A stretch of DNA of 64,000 nucleotides, taken from NCBI GenBank assembly GCA_951406725.2, contig OX597826.1, forward strand, positions 33,418,001-33,482,000, in the 5' to 3' direction. The position numbers and the translations under genes are program-made. The notes under the pieces were generated by a model. It had not been told where the DNA came from. It saw nothing but the letters and a program-made list of their open reading frames with translations, and searched no databases. Positions 25,864-39,384 of the stretch are shown piece after piece; the first letter of the stretch is position 1; the number at the start of each line of letters is the position of its first letter. This stretch comes from Octopus vulgaris. Its lineage: Eukaryota.

Positions 25864-27366
25864 AGAGCATTCAGAGAGTGCAAACTTCTTCCAAAGCAAC
25901 ACCAACGTCATCTCAACGATTAGCCAGAGATGATTTTTAAAATGAAAATATTTGAAATAAACTCGACTGCTCAATGCTAAAAACAAGATAATAGGTATTA
26001 ACACTTTAGCTGTCCCAGTTATAAGTTACAGCTACAAAATCCTTAACTGGACACTAAATGAACTGACCAAAAGAGATAGGAAAACAAGAAAAATAATGAC
26101 AGGATATAGGATGCATCACCCAAAATCTGACATAGAATGACTATATATACAACGTATAGAAGGTGGTAGAGGCCTTTTACAGCTGGAAAACTACTATAAA
26201 ATAACCACCATGGGACTGCAAAAATATCTACTTCAGAAGGAAGGAAAACTGATACAAATAGCGGCAAAACACGAGCAAAACAAAAAACTGTTCTCAGTAT
26301 TTAAGGAAGCCGACAAATACAAACAAGAAATCATACCACCTAATAAATATGAAGAAGAAGAAGAAGAAGAAGAAGAAGAAGAAGAAGAAGAAGAAGAAGA
26401 AGAAGAAGAAGAAGAAGAAGAAGAAGAAGAAGAAGAAGAAGAAGAAACAATAAAAGCTATAAAACCAAACTAAAAATAGAACAACAACGAACCATGATAA
26501 AACGATGGCAAGAAAAGCCCCTTCATGCTAAATACTGGACTAAACTAAACGCAAAAGAAATAGACAAAGAAAAATCCCAGCAATGGTTGAGAAGCTCAGG
26601 GCTCAAAGCAGAGACAGAGGGATTTTTAATTGCAGCACAAGACCAAAGCCTCCCCACCAGAAATTACCAAAAACATGTAATGAAAAGAAATATAACAAGT
26701 AACTGCAGAATATGTGGAGATGGACCAGAAACAATAAATCATATTATCTCTGGCTGCCCAGTCCTGGCTAAGAAGGAATATATTCACAGACATGACAGAG
26801 TTGGAACCTACATACACTGGAAGCTATGCCAACATTATGGAATAACAACAGAAAAAAGATGCTATAGGCACACACCAGAAAAGGTCACAGAAAACGAGAA
26901 AGCAACCATACTCTGGGATATGCCGATACACACAGACAGAGAAATTAAGGCCAACAGACCAGATATAGTTGTCAGAGATCATGAAGAAAAAAATGCTTTC
27001 TAATTGATGTATCAATACCGGCAGATGACAACGTATCTCTAAAAGAAATGGAGAAACTTTCAAAATACAAAGACCTGGAAATAGAGGTAACCAGAATGTG
27101 GAATCTAAAAACAGAAACAATTCCTATCATAGTAGGTGCATTAGGCATGATAAAAAAATATTTAGACAAATACATAACAAAAACACCAGGACTTACAAAC
27201 ACATATAACATACAGAAAATTACACTACTAGGCACTGCACACATCCTACGCAGAACACTTTCCATACAATAACCATCAGAGCATCACAACAAATCACAGC
27301 ACATACCTAAGGCACACAGAGCTGCACTCGGTAGTGAAGTGAAAGCACGCTTTAAAAATAAACCTA

Positions 27367-27370
<4 letters not shown>
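25864..27370 (+). mobile_element. 5'-truncated R4/Dong-like non-LTR retrotransposon (RT C-terminus, CCHC knuckle, RLE), disrupted
   Basis: AETEGFLIAAQDQSL, CRICGDGPETINHIISGC, RHD, NRPDIVV, LIDVSIP, EKLSKYKDL, PIIVGALG, LLGTAHILRRTL; frameshifts; flanked by AAT/AAC arrays. Confidence 0.92.
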
Positions 27371-27411
<41 letters not shown>

Positions 27412-29735
27412 TTAAAACGATGGACGTAACTCTTCACAAAGGTAAATAGACAAGACGAACAGCACGATGCGATTGCAATAGATATTTTATTTGTTGAACA
27501 ATATTTCGACACTCCGTGTGTCTTTTACGAGATCAAAATATAAAATGAAATTAAATTCAAAGATAGGAAATGCTGAAACATTCAAAATTAAACCGGAATA
27601 ACTGCGTTTCTTTCCAAGTAAAGCCACGTCATCAGTCTTTGGTCTTTCACAAAATGTAGCAGAAGGAAGGAAAGAAACAAAAAAAGAATTACGGAAAGAA
27701 TTATTCAGTCAAAAAGTTTAGTATAAATATGGCGGAATTCACCAGCCATTTTATTAATTCCTCCAGGCTGAGATGTCAACAGTTCACAAATATATCTATC
27801 CTCATGGGTTTTGGGGACTGAAAGTGCAGTGGAGTGAGGGTAATTTTTAAGAATGTGCACCTTCAGGCCCTCCTCAAATTAACACCCGTTTGACATGAAA
27901 TGTTCCGCAAGTTCCGTTGAACCACTGTTATTGTGCCTGACGTCGTAACTATGTCCGTTAATTCGTTCTTGCAATCGTTCTGTTGTGCAACCAACATAAA
28001 TCATTTTGTCTTTGATGCATTTCACTGCACACACCAAATGGGGAATCCTTACAGGTTCCTCCTTTAGTGTAAATCATAACATTTCTGTTATAATTCTTGA
28101 TGGAATTAGTCTGACTTATGTTATTGCACGACGAAAGGGGCTTACCTCTCTTATAGGTGTTTCTGGAGGTGCAGCATTCCGAAACCTCAATGGAGCTTTT
28201 ATTAGAGGTGCTGGTCAATATTAAAAAAAAATTTTCTATTACGTCTAAAGGCTACCATTGGAGGAAGAGGAAATATTTGTCTGAAATGAGGATATTTTTC
28301 TGAAACATGTTTGTAACTGTCATGCAACACTTTAGAAATGCCAGCGAAACTTTAGTGCCAGTTAATCACTAAAGGAATTCGGCCATAAGCTCTTTTCTGA
28401 CTTCTAGAATTAGGCGTGAAACTTTGATTATCATTATTAATTTCCTAATTACGTCGTTCGCTATTTCCTTTAATCTTGATTCCCCATAACCGCGCTTTAC
28501 ATAACGGTGCACAAAAGTATTTGCCTGTTTCCAATAATCCCCGATGTTTGTGCAAATACGCTTTATCCTCAAAAATTAGGACTTCGAAATTGATCTGATT
28601 GTATGATGTGGATGATCAGAGCAGCGGTGGAGATAAATAAGGGATGACGTGGGTTTGCAAAATAATTCAATTACTATTCAGACTTCCGAAATCTTGACTT
28701 TTGCGTCAAAAATTTCGATGCTAGTTTTTGAAAAGCACGACGTGAATTTTATTTTGGACTTAAAGCAATAGTCTTCTGCGAAGCAGTCACAGAAGTGTAA
28801 AAAATTGACTAAAGCTGGCAGAAACGTTAGCACGCCGGGCGAAATGCTTAGCGGTATTTCGTCTGTCATTACGTTGTGAGTTCAAATTCCGCCGAGGTCG
28901 ACTTTGCCTTTCATCCTTTCGGGGTCGATAAATTAAGTACCAGTTACGCACTGAGGTCGATATAATCGACTTAATACCTATGTCTGTCCTTGTTTGTCTC
29001 CTCTATGTTTAGCCCCTTGTGGGTAATAAAGAAATAGGTATTTCGTCTGCCGCTACGTTCTGAGTTTAAATTCCGCCGAGGTCGACTTTGCCTTTCATCT
29101 TTTCGGTGTCGATAAATTAAGTACCAGTTAGGCACTGGGGTCGATGTAATCGACTTAATCCCTTTGTCTGTCCTTGATAGTCCTCTCTATGTTTAGCCCC
29201 TTGTGGGCAATAAAGAAATAAGAAATGTAAAAATTTGGCTAAAGTATCCTGTGTTTCTTCCCAGACAAAAAAGACGTCGTCAATGAACCGTAACTAGAGT
29301 ATAGATTCATGATCTCGCAGGGATTTGAATGGCTCCATTAATTGCATATCAAATTTTGTCATGAAGACATTTGCCTAATTAACTGCCACAGCGGTACCCA
29401 TTTTGCATCCCTTCGTCTGATGCAACAATTTTCCTCCAAACTTCATTGAATTGCTTTGAAACACAAATTTTAATAATTTACAGAGTAAACTTGAGGGAAT
29501 ACATTTCTTTGACCGTTTTTCAAAGGCTTGCATGCATGCTAACACCCCCACCATCGTGATCGATGTTGGGGTATAAGGAAGAAGCATCCATGGTTACCAA
29601 AAAATAGTCTTTGACACTACTTCGATGTTTAGAAAATTTGTTCAGCTTGGAAAGAAAATCAAACGTATCCCGAATGTAGGAACTCGATCTTTTAGCTACT
29701 GGGAGCAGAAAGCCATCCAGCCATTCCAAAATTTC
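27412..29735 (-). mobile_element. Penelope-like element, long arm (RT + GIY-YIG pseudogene), 5'-truncated
   Basis: SYIRDTFDFL, LVTMDASSLYPNIDH, QTKGCKMGT, RFIDDVF, IKFT, KPT..YLHRCSDHP, RIKRICT, then a GIY-YIG region ending ~27709. Confidence 0.9.
28815..29220 (+). mobile_element. Young dimeric SINE family B inserted in the Penelope RT, with a 24-bp TSD
   Basis: TSD agaagtgtaaaaaattgactaaag (28791-28814) vs agaaatgtaaaaatttggctaaag (29221-29244), 21/24 identical; CpGs retained. Confidence 0.9.
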
Positions 29736-31008
29736 AAAAACTAGCATCGAATTTTTGGACACTAAGTCGATTTCTGAAGGCCGAATAGTAACAGAATTAT
29801 TTTGCAAACCCACGTCATCCCTTATTTATCTCCACCGCTGCTCTGATCATCCACATCATTCAATCAGATCAAATTCGAAGTCCTAGTTTTTGAGGATAAA
29901 GCGTATTTGCACAGACATCGGGAATTATTGGATACAGGCAAATACTTTTGTGCACCGTTATGTAAAGCGCAGTTATGGGGAATCAAGATTAAAGGAAATT
30001 GCGAACGACGTAATTAGGAAATTAATAATGATAATCAAAGTTTCACGCCTAATTCTAGAAGTCAGAAAAGAGCTTATGGCCGAATTCCTTTAGTGATTAA
30101 CTGGCACCAAAGTTTCGCTGGCATTTCTAAAGTGTGGCATGACAGTTACAAACATGTTTCAGAAAAATATCTTCATTTCAGACAAATATTTCCTCTTCAG
30201 CCAATGGTAGCCTTTAGACGAAATAGAAATATTAGAGAAATATTGACCAGCACCTCTAATAAAAACTCCATTGGTGTTTCTGAACACTGCACCCCTCAGA
30301 AACACCCATAAGAGAGGTAAGCCCCTTACATTGTGCAATAACATAAGTCAGACTAATTCCATCAAGAATCATAACAGAAATGTTATGATTTACACTAAAG
30401 GAGGGAGCTGTAAGGATTCCCATTTGGTGTGTGCAGTGGAATGCATCAAATACAAAATGATTTATGTTGGTTGCACAACAGAACGATTGCAAAAACGATT
30501 TAACGGACATAGTTACGACGTCAGGCACAATAACAGTGGTTCAACGGAACTTGTGGAACATTTCACATCAAACAGGTGTAAATTTGAGGAGGGCCTGAAG
30601 GTTCATATTCTTAAAAATTACCTTCACTCCGCTGCACTTTCAGTCCCCAAAACCCATGAGGATAGATATATTTGTGAACTGTTGACATCTCAGCCTGGAG
30701 GAATTAATACAATGACAGGTGAATTCCATCATATTTATACTAAACTTTTTGACTGAGTAATTCTTTCCGTAATTCTATTTTTGTTTCTTTCCTTCCTTCT
30801 GCTACATTTTGTGAAAGACCAAAGACTGATGACGTGGCTTTACTTGGAAAGAAACGCAGTTATTCCGGTTTAATTTTGAATGTTTCAGCATTTCCTATCT
30901 TTGAATTTAATTTCATTTTATATCTTGATCTTGTAAAAGACACACGGAGTGTCGAAATATTGTTCAACAAATAAAATATCTATTGCAATTACATCACGGT
31001 CTTCGTCT
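29732..31008 (+). mobile_element. Penelope-like element, inverted short arm (RT thumb, linker, GIY-YIG, 3' end)
   Basis: Reverse complement of ~27452-28735; PMVAFRRNRNIREIL linker; stop at 30756. Confidence 0.92.
30271..30756 (+). pseudogene. GIY-YIG endonuclease domain of the Penelope-like element
   Basis: SCKDSHLVCAVEC..KMIYVGCTTERLQKRFNGH...LVEHF...HEDRYICELLTSQPGGIN. Confidence 0.85.
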
Positions 31009-31038
31009 AATAATAATGGTAATAATAATAACAACAAC

Positions 31039-31085
<47 letters not shown>

Positions 31086-31171
31086 CAACAATAATAATAA
31101 CAATAATAATAATAATAATAATAATAACAACAACAATAACAACAACATCAACAATAATAATAATAATAATA

Positions 31172-31716
31172 ATTGCCCTGATGCAGTTCCAGACAGTGGC
31201 TCTCATGGTTCCTGATCTTAACTTATTGGAAGTGTTATCATGTACATTGTTTTGTCTTGGTATAAAAAATGGGCTACAGCAAATATTCTGCTCAATACCA
31301 CAGATCTGCTTGCCAGTTGTTTGACCTTGACCCTTAGTGGCTGATAATATGTGCATCTCTTATCATGAGCAGAGATAGTGGGGAACTATCATAGCCATGT
31401 GTTGAGAGGGATTCTTTGGACTTTGAATAATTCACCTCTGGAAACATGGGTATTTCGTTCAACATCCTTAAAAAATCCTTATTCAGGGACCTTTTGACCA
31501 GGGTGGGCTACTCAACCAGAAGAAAATTCTAACTGGGCCCCCACCTGCAAGGTCATGTGCAGTTTATCTTGATATCAGATCACCATGTTGCGCACATATG
31601 GTTGTGATGCATGTGCCTGGTGTACCCTTATCAGACGGGTAGTCATGGTGGGTATACTGGGCTTTGTATATTTTACTCCACTGTCACTTTGATGGCATGC
31701 ACTGCTCTCTCACCCA
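31172..31716. repeat. (AAT)n-flanked interspersed repeat, longer copy
   Basis: Homologous to 5215-5660; AAT arrays on both sides. Confidence 0.75.
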
Positions 31717-31814
31717 ATAATAATAATAATAATCATCATCATCATCATCATAATGATAATAATAATAATGACAATAATAACAATAATAATGATAATAATG
31801 ATAATTCAAAAGAT

Positions 31815-32062
31815 AGTGCTCATGGGAACTGCTCATATTCTACGCAAAATACTTTCTATGTAATTTCAAGGTTTAAAACAAACATAATTTTCGCTTTTTT
31901 TTATAGACATTCACTAGTACACCACCAAAAAAACAACAAAAAAACAAATATATGGCACACTAGGCATAACAACAACATGAACTTCCAACCTGTTGTCTCT
32001 TGAGGTCTCTGGGTGAGACTTGGAGCCAACTTGTACAAATATAAAGCGTAAGTCAAACATAG
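31815..32062 (+). mobile_element. Extreme 3' end of an R4/Dong-like element
   Basis: Reads LMGTAHILRKILSM*, then a 3' UTR, then (AAT)n. Confidence 0.75.
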
Positions 32063-32087
32063 AATAATAATTATAATAATAATAATC

Positions 32088-32122
<35 letters not shown>

Positions 32123-33139
32123 CATAATCATAATGAGGGTGATAATAGTAAGAGTTTCAATTTTTGGCACAAGGCCTGCAATTTTGGTGGATGGTCTAAG
32201 TTGATCAGATCAGATCTAAGTGCTCAACAGGCACTTATTTTATCAAACCCAAAAGCAGAATTTGAAATCAATATAAAAACAAAGAAAATGCTGCTAATTA
32301 TTTTGCCCAGCATGTTAATGCTTCTGCCAGCTTGCAATATTTATTTAGCCATATTCTAAAATATTTTTATTTCATTCTTATATTGAATTAATCTAAAATA
32401 TTTGTAGATAGTGGTATTATCTATAAATATTATTGTTTTTCTCTTTTAATTCGATAAAGTACACATTCTGATAGTGTTTCTTGAATAAATCACAAATTAT
32501 TAATTTTAATTAAAATGTCTGCATATCTAAATATATATTTGAATCTGTTGTATATATATAATTTTCTTTTTATTAATTATTCATCTTTAATGCTATTTTA
32601 ATTGCAGTGCTTCTATAGTAATTCAAATATAAGGAGATAGTGAAGAGAGAATGAAAGAAAGAGAAAGAGAAGAAGTAAGAGAGGGATAGAGTAAGTCAGA
32701 TAAAACCAGAAGTAGAAAGGCAGATAATTAGATAAAAATATTTGATATAGATAAGCCCAAAGAGATAGTATTATATATATAAGAAAGTAGATAACGAGAG
32801 AAATGGTTAGATAGATAAATATAGATATAAATGTATTTTTGATAACATTTTTTTCCTCCTTTTTAATTCTAATTAAAGAAATATATTTTGCTGAATAACA
32901 TACAATGGGCTGTATTATCCATTTTAGTGAAATGGTTCCGGCTACTATTGGCAAAATTCCTTCATGGTTTTCAACTTTGGTATTTATCCTTATTTATACG
33001 ATGTAATGTCAGGAGTGTGTGCCAAAAAGTTTCCTGCCCAAAACATGACAGCTACCATTGAACATATTTCGACATTACACAAAAACACGATGTAATTTCT
33101 AAATATGATTACAAATAAATTTTTTAGCAAATCATTTTT

Positions 33140-33256
33140 TGTATATACATACATACATGTGTGTATGTGTGTGTGTGTGTGTGTGTGAGTATGTGTGTGT
33201 ATATATATCTGTACATATATATATCTGTGTTTATGTGTGTATATATGTGTATGTAT

Positions 33257-33345
<89 letters not shown>

Positions 33346-33458
33346 AATATATATATTCCAGCAGATATATATTATAATATACACTTTAATGTGTGTGTGT
33401 GAACGATGAACCACATATGTATAGCATATATATTTGTATGTGTGTATATATATGCATT

Positions 33459-33506
<48 letters not shown>

Positions 33507-33545
33507 TATATAAATATACATATATATATATACATATATATATAA

Positions 33546-33594
<49 letters not shown>

Positions 33595-33760
33595 TATATG
33601 TATATAAATAAATATGAATGTATATATATATATATATATATATTGCAGGTATATGCCTATATATATATATATACACTCATATACATAGATATGTATATAT
33701 GTATGTATATATGCATATATGCCTCTCTGTCTGTATGCATGTATGTTTGTATGTATGTAT
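33140..33760. repeat. (TG)n/(TATC)n/(TA)n compound microsatellite
   Basis: Directly visible. Confidence 0.9.
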
Positions 33761-34606
33761 TTATGGTCATTCACTTTGTACATAGTGCTTTAAATATATC
33801 TTCCTATAATCAGACGAGAATGTTACCGATTCCTTCAACCATTTTCATATTGATTTGTTTAGCTCTCTACAAATCTGGTTATAATTATCTTAGCTGTGCA
33901 CAGACCAATTTGTTTAAACTGCCGTGTTTAGCATTTATCGCCTCTTTATCACTCACGCACTTCTTACAATAACTGCACCTAAAATATACCGAACAATGCC
34001 ATAACTGAACTGCAATGTAAAGTAACTGCGACTGTTCGGCAGCCCCAGTTCTTCACAGATAATACAATGGCTACAAAATGAAGGGTCAGTGAGGATGTTA
34101 TAATATGATAATAAGATCAGGAAAACAACCTTAAAAATATAATTAGGGAATGTTTTCCTGTGGGTTTGCTTTATTAATAGCAGTTGGTATGTTTTTAATT
34201 ATTGATGTTCATTTACAAACAAATCTCTTCTGGTTATTTTTCAAGAAGCCATGATAGGAATAATAATAATAATCATCAACATCATCATCATCATCACAAT
34301 TTTCCTCTTCCCTCACCTCTTCCCACAACCTTCTCTTTTTCCTTCTCCCCTTTCTCCGCCATCTCCCTCTCTCCCTTCCTTTTCCTCTCTTCTCTTTGAC
34401 AACAGTGATGGTTGTTTACAAGTATCACTCACAGTTAAGACAAGAGAGAGGTTACACACATACAAGCATATAAACACACACACACATACACACACATACA
34501 TACACATATATACACACACACACACATATATATACATACACATATATATATCCATATTTACACAAACACATATATATATATACATACACACTCACACACA
34601 CATATA

Positions 34607-34661
<55 letters not shown>

Positions 34662-34991
34662 TATACATACACATATATTTACACACACACACACATATAT
34701 ATATCAAAAGGATGTGCTATAATACTGATCCACAGCCATAATAATAATCCAACATACCTCCATCATCAGCTACCTCACAGATATCATTATGGTTTCAACA
34801 CTTGGGCAGTACCATTCAATCCGGCTGTCTCAGCATCACTAAATAAGTGTTGTTTGGGTACAAACAAACCAAAGAAACCACAACTTTCAAACACATTTAC
34901 CCTATGGAGAACAGTATCAATAAATAAATTCAATAAGTAAATTACAACCAACTCCTAAATATGTAACTAAACAGTGACAACTCTATTAAGT

Positions 34992-35073
34992 CATACAAAA
35001 TTTATATATATATATATATACACAAAATTTATATATATATATATATACACAAAATTTATATATATATATATAT
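34992..35073. repeat. Three tandem copies of acaaaattt(at)n
   Basis: Directly visible ~28-bp unit. Confidence 0.85.
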
Positions 35074-35335
35074 GTGGAGGCGCAGGATCGCGGTTTTAAT
35101 TCCCAGACTGGGCATTGTGAGTGTTTATTGAGTGAAAACACCTAAAAGCTCCACGACGCTGCGGCAGGGGGTGGTGATCCCTGCTGTACTCTTTCACCAT
35201 TCTTTCTCTCACTCTTTTGTCTGTTGGCCTGCTCGCCTAGCCAGCGGGGTGGCGTCATTCGAAGACTAAAACAATGCGAACGCATTGTGATCAGCGATGT
35301 GTAACAACATCTGATGGTCTGGTCGGTCACGTGAT
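35074..35335 (+). mobile_element. GC-richer SINE-like element inserted in (TA)n
   Basis: Partial tRNA-like head (ggaggcgca...gcggttttaattccc); CpG-rich body; TA tracts on both sides. Confidence 0.6.
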
Positions 35336-35365
35336 ATATATATATATATATATATGCACACACAC

Positions 35366-35397
<32 letters not shown>

Positions 35398-36077
35398 GTA
35401 TACATACAGATATGATGGGCTTCTTTCAATTTCTGTTAATCAAATCCAGTCACAAAGATTCGGTTGGCTGGAGACTGTTGTAGAAGACAAGACATTTGCC
35501 CAAGATGCCATGCGTTGGAACTAAACCTGAAGCCAAGTGGCTGGAAAGCAGACTTCTTACTGCTCCTTAAGCTAAATGGAGATTTAGATTATGATCATGA
35601 GGACAACAACGATGATGTCAATGTTGATAATGTTGACGATGATGATGTTGATGGTGGTGGTGGTGATGAAGATGATGATGATAACGAATAGTGGGATCGT
35701 TCTTTACTTCCACCATGTGATGCGGTGAAGCCTAAACAGACATTGTTACATTGTTATTGCATGTTGTTTGATGCCAGAGACAAGAAAACTGTGAGCTGTC
35801 AACAAGCAAGCTTCATGATTTCATGTCAGTTTTCTCACATAATTAAGCTGCATGTAAAACATAGGAACATCAAATAGTTGCCATTCCTCTTATTCTTTTA
35901 AACAAACGTAGAATTTATGTCTGCCAGAAGAAGACAACAACTCTTCAACCTGTTAGAAACATAGCAGACTTCATTGGAACCGACCATATTCCTGCTTTCA
36001 AAAACGAATAAAATAAAATAAAATTAACAACAACGATGATGATGATGATGATGATGATGTTTATGCTGCTGCTGCTG

Positions 36078-36146
<69 letters not shown>

Positions 36147-36804
36147 GTAATAATAATAATAATAATGATGATAATAATAATAATGATGATGATAATAATG
36201 ACGATATTCATAATAATAATGATGGTATATAGTTGTAATAAACAAATAAAATTTGGTAGCTTAGGAAACTAAAAGACAATGAAGAAAATATATAAATTCC
36301 AAGAAAAGTTAATGATGGTTTTCAGAAGATATCTGATGCCAATGGTATTCATTGAGTATATTATTTTAGCAAAGGCATACGTATTATTTCTAACAAAACT
36401 CTGCAATTAGTTGAAAGATAATTAGGGAAAATTTATTTATTTATTGTATTGTTGACATGTGTGCGTGTTTGTTAAACATAATGATATTCTCATTATTTAC
36501 TCGTTTCATATATAATGAGGTGTGCTGTAAGATCAAAGCATGTCTAATTTAGTGAAACGGAGCATAACGATTTTTAATGCCTTACAACCAACAATAACTA
36601 TTTCGGTAACTATCACTCCCACTATCACCTGAACCCCTAATAATACTTCTGGTTTATTTTACTACAAATACTATCAGCTTAACCTATAAAAATTATTAAT
36701 ACTACTACTACTACTACTAACATCACAGTCAATGCTGTTACTGATACTACTAAAACTAGAAGTATTATTATTACTATTTCTGCTACTATTATATTAATTA
36801 ATAA

Positions 36805-37185
36805 TGGTTTCAAATTTTGTTACAAGACCAGCAATTTAGGGGTAAGGGTAAGCTAATTACGTTGACCCAGGTTTCAACTGGTACTTTGTTTTATCAACCC
36901 TGAAAGGACTTATGGCAAAGTTGACTTCAGCAGAGTTTGAAATCGGAATGTAATGTTAGGTAAGATACTGCTAAGCATTTCACCCGAAAACCTAATTATT
37001 TTTTCTACTCTAGGTACAAGGCCTGAAATTTAGCGGGAGTGGGGCCATTTGATTAGGTCGATTACAGTACGCAAGGATGGAAGGCAAAGTTGACCTTGGC
37101 AAAGTTTGAACTCAGAATGTAAAGAAAGACGAAATACCGCTAAGAATTTTGGCTAGCGTGCTAACATTTGTGCCAGCTCGCCACC

Positions 37186-37222
<37 letters not shown>

Positions 37223-37224
37223 TC

Positions 37225-37255
<31 letters not shown>

Positions 37256-37537
37256 CAACAACAACAAGGATAATAATAATAATAATTAATAATAATAATT
37301 AATAATAATAATTATAATGATGATGATTTCAAATTTTGAAACAAGGCCAGCAATTTCGGGTGAGGGAAAAGTCGCATACATCGACCACCCCCAGTACTCA
37401 ACTGGTACTAATATTATTGACCCAGAAAGGATGAAAAGTCAACTTTGGTGGAATTTGAACACAAAACATAAAGATGAACTAAATGCCAATAAGCATTTTG
37501 CCCGGCATATTAACTGTTCTGCCAGCTTACTGCTTTA
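36805..37537 (-). mobile_element. Three SINE family B copies interleaved with (AAT)n
   Basis: Core motifs at ~36870, ~37075 and ~37400. Confidence 0.7.
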
Positions 37538-37548
37538 ATAATAACAAT

Positions 37549-37600
<52 letters not shown>

Positions 37601-37718
37601 TTGCATAAAGTACTGTCTGTTTGAGATTGTTGTTGTGACTTGAGAGACTGGACAAATCCCCGGTAGACACAATATCTTCAATCAACAACAACATGATATT
37701 GGATACTGTGTGACGTCA
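37601..37718 (+). mobile_element. Very short 3' stub of an R4/Dong-like element in (AAT)n
   Basis: Reads LHKVLSV* (cf. ILRKVL*), then a short UTR; AAT on both sides. Confidence 0.5.
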
Positions 37719-37748
37719 ATAATAATAATAATAATAATAATAGTAGTA

Positions 37749-37798
<50 letters not shown>

Positions 37799-37811
37799 TA
37801 CAATAACAACA

Positions 37812-39320
37812 ATGGAATGTATTTTGGAACTAAAAGGTGTGGTATGCATATAATACAAAAATGCAAAGTAGTGTTGTCTGACGGTGTAGAGCTTCCCAAC
37901 AGTGAGAAAATCAAAAATATTGAGACTAATGGCTATAAATATCTGGGGATTAGGGAATACAACAAAATCAAGGGAAGTGAAATGAAGGAAAGCTTTAGGT
38001 AAGAATATCTCAAAAGAACCAAATTACTTATGGGAAGTGGACTCAGTGGAAAAAAAACAAGATCAGAGCAATAAACACATGGGCTGCTTCCTTAATGTGA
38101 TATGGTGCAGGTGATGTTGGGCAGACAAAGAATAAGTTTGAGGAAATGGACAGGAGAACAAGAAAAGTGATGAGAATTAACAAGGAACCACTCCCCAAAA
38201 GTGATACTGACAGAATGTAAGTGCCTAGGAACAGGGGAGGAAGAAGCCTCATAGGATGCAAGATTTGTGTTGTCAATGACAAGAGCAGTTTGGGATGGTA
38301 CTTCAAACAACAGAGTGAATCCTTGATTGCCACTGTTAGAATTAATGATATAATACCTGCCGAAAATGTGATGCACCTACAAACACTGAAGAAACAAGAT
38401 GAAAAAGACAGAGTAAACAATTGGTATATGAAACCACTGCATGGGCAATACCTCAAGTAAAATCGAAGGAAAAGACAAGATCAACACTTGGAGAGGGCTC
38501 AGAAAAAAAAATGATCTTAAAGGATGCACTGAGGCATTGATATGCAGCATCTAGGAACAAGCTCTGAGAACTAATTACACCAAGTTTCAAATAGATAAGT
38601 GTAGGGAATTGCACCTTTGTAGGATGTGTGGCAGCAGAAACAAAATAATCTCACATATTGTGAGTTAGTGTAGCAAGCTGGCCCAAAAGCACTACAACAG
38701 GAGGCATGATAACGTGGCTAAGTTCATCTACTGAAGGCTATGTGAAAAGTACAGCCTAATCAAAGCACGGAAAGGGTACGAATATGAACCAGAAGGAGTC
38801 ACCAAAAACAAGGAACATAAGATACTGTGGGATTTTGCAATCCTGTGTGACTCCCTAATTGAGGCTCAGAGAGCAGATATTGTTTTGGTAGAGTAAGGGA
38901 AATGGAAATCAAGATTATAAATACTGCAATACCTGGGGATGCATGAATATGTGACAAAGAATTAAAAAAGATTAAAAAGTACAGATTACTAAAAGACGAA
39001 ATTGCAAGAATGTGGGGACAATGAGGAGAGTGTCTCTCATTCCAGTAGTTGTAGGGGTACTCAGAGTACTAACAACCAAATTTGAGAAATCGGAATTGAC
39101 ATGAGAGCAGAGCAAGCCCCAAAAGCTGCACTGCTGGGGACAGCTAGGATTTTGAGATTGGTACTTGGATGTTGAATGTCTTCTATGGTAATTAACAACC
39201 AAGTATCAAAGCTTATAATGTGTGGAAAGAGACCGTGTGAAACCTCTGACATCAGGATACTGTTCACTCTCACAGAATCTAGCAAAGCAAACAAGACTGA
39301 GTTCTCTGAGACATAAAACA
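37812..39320 (+). mobile_element. Decayed R4/Dong-like element of a second lineage
   Basis: YKYLGI, AINTWA, PRNRGGRSL, KPLHGQY, CRMCG, RRHDNVA, ILWDF, PVVVGVL, LLGTARILR; many stops; AAT arrays on both sides. Confidence 0.88.
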
Positions 39321-39332
39321 ATAATAATGATG

Positions 39333-39384
<52 letters not shown>

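Noticed and set aside
34740-34800. Minus-strand GAAAC...CTGATGA
   Set aside because: The required stems could not be formed; likely chance
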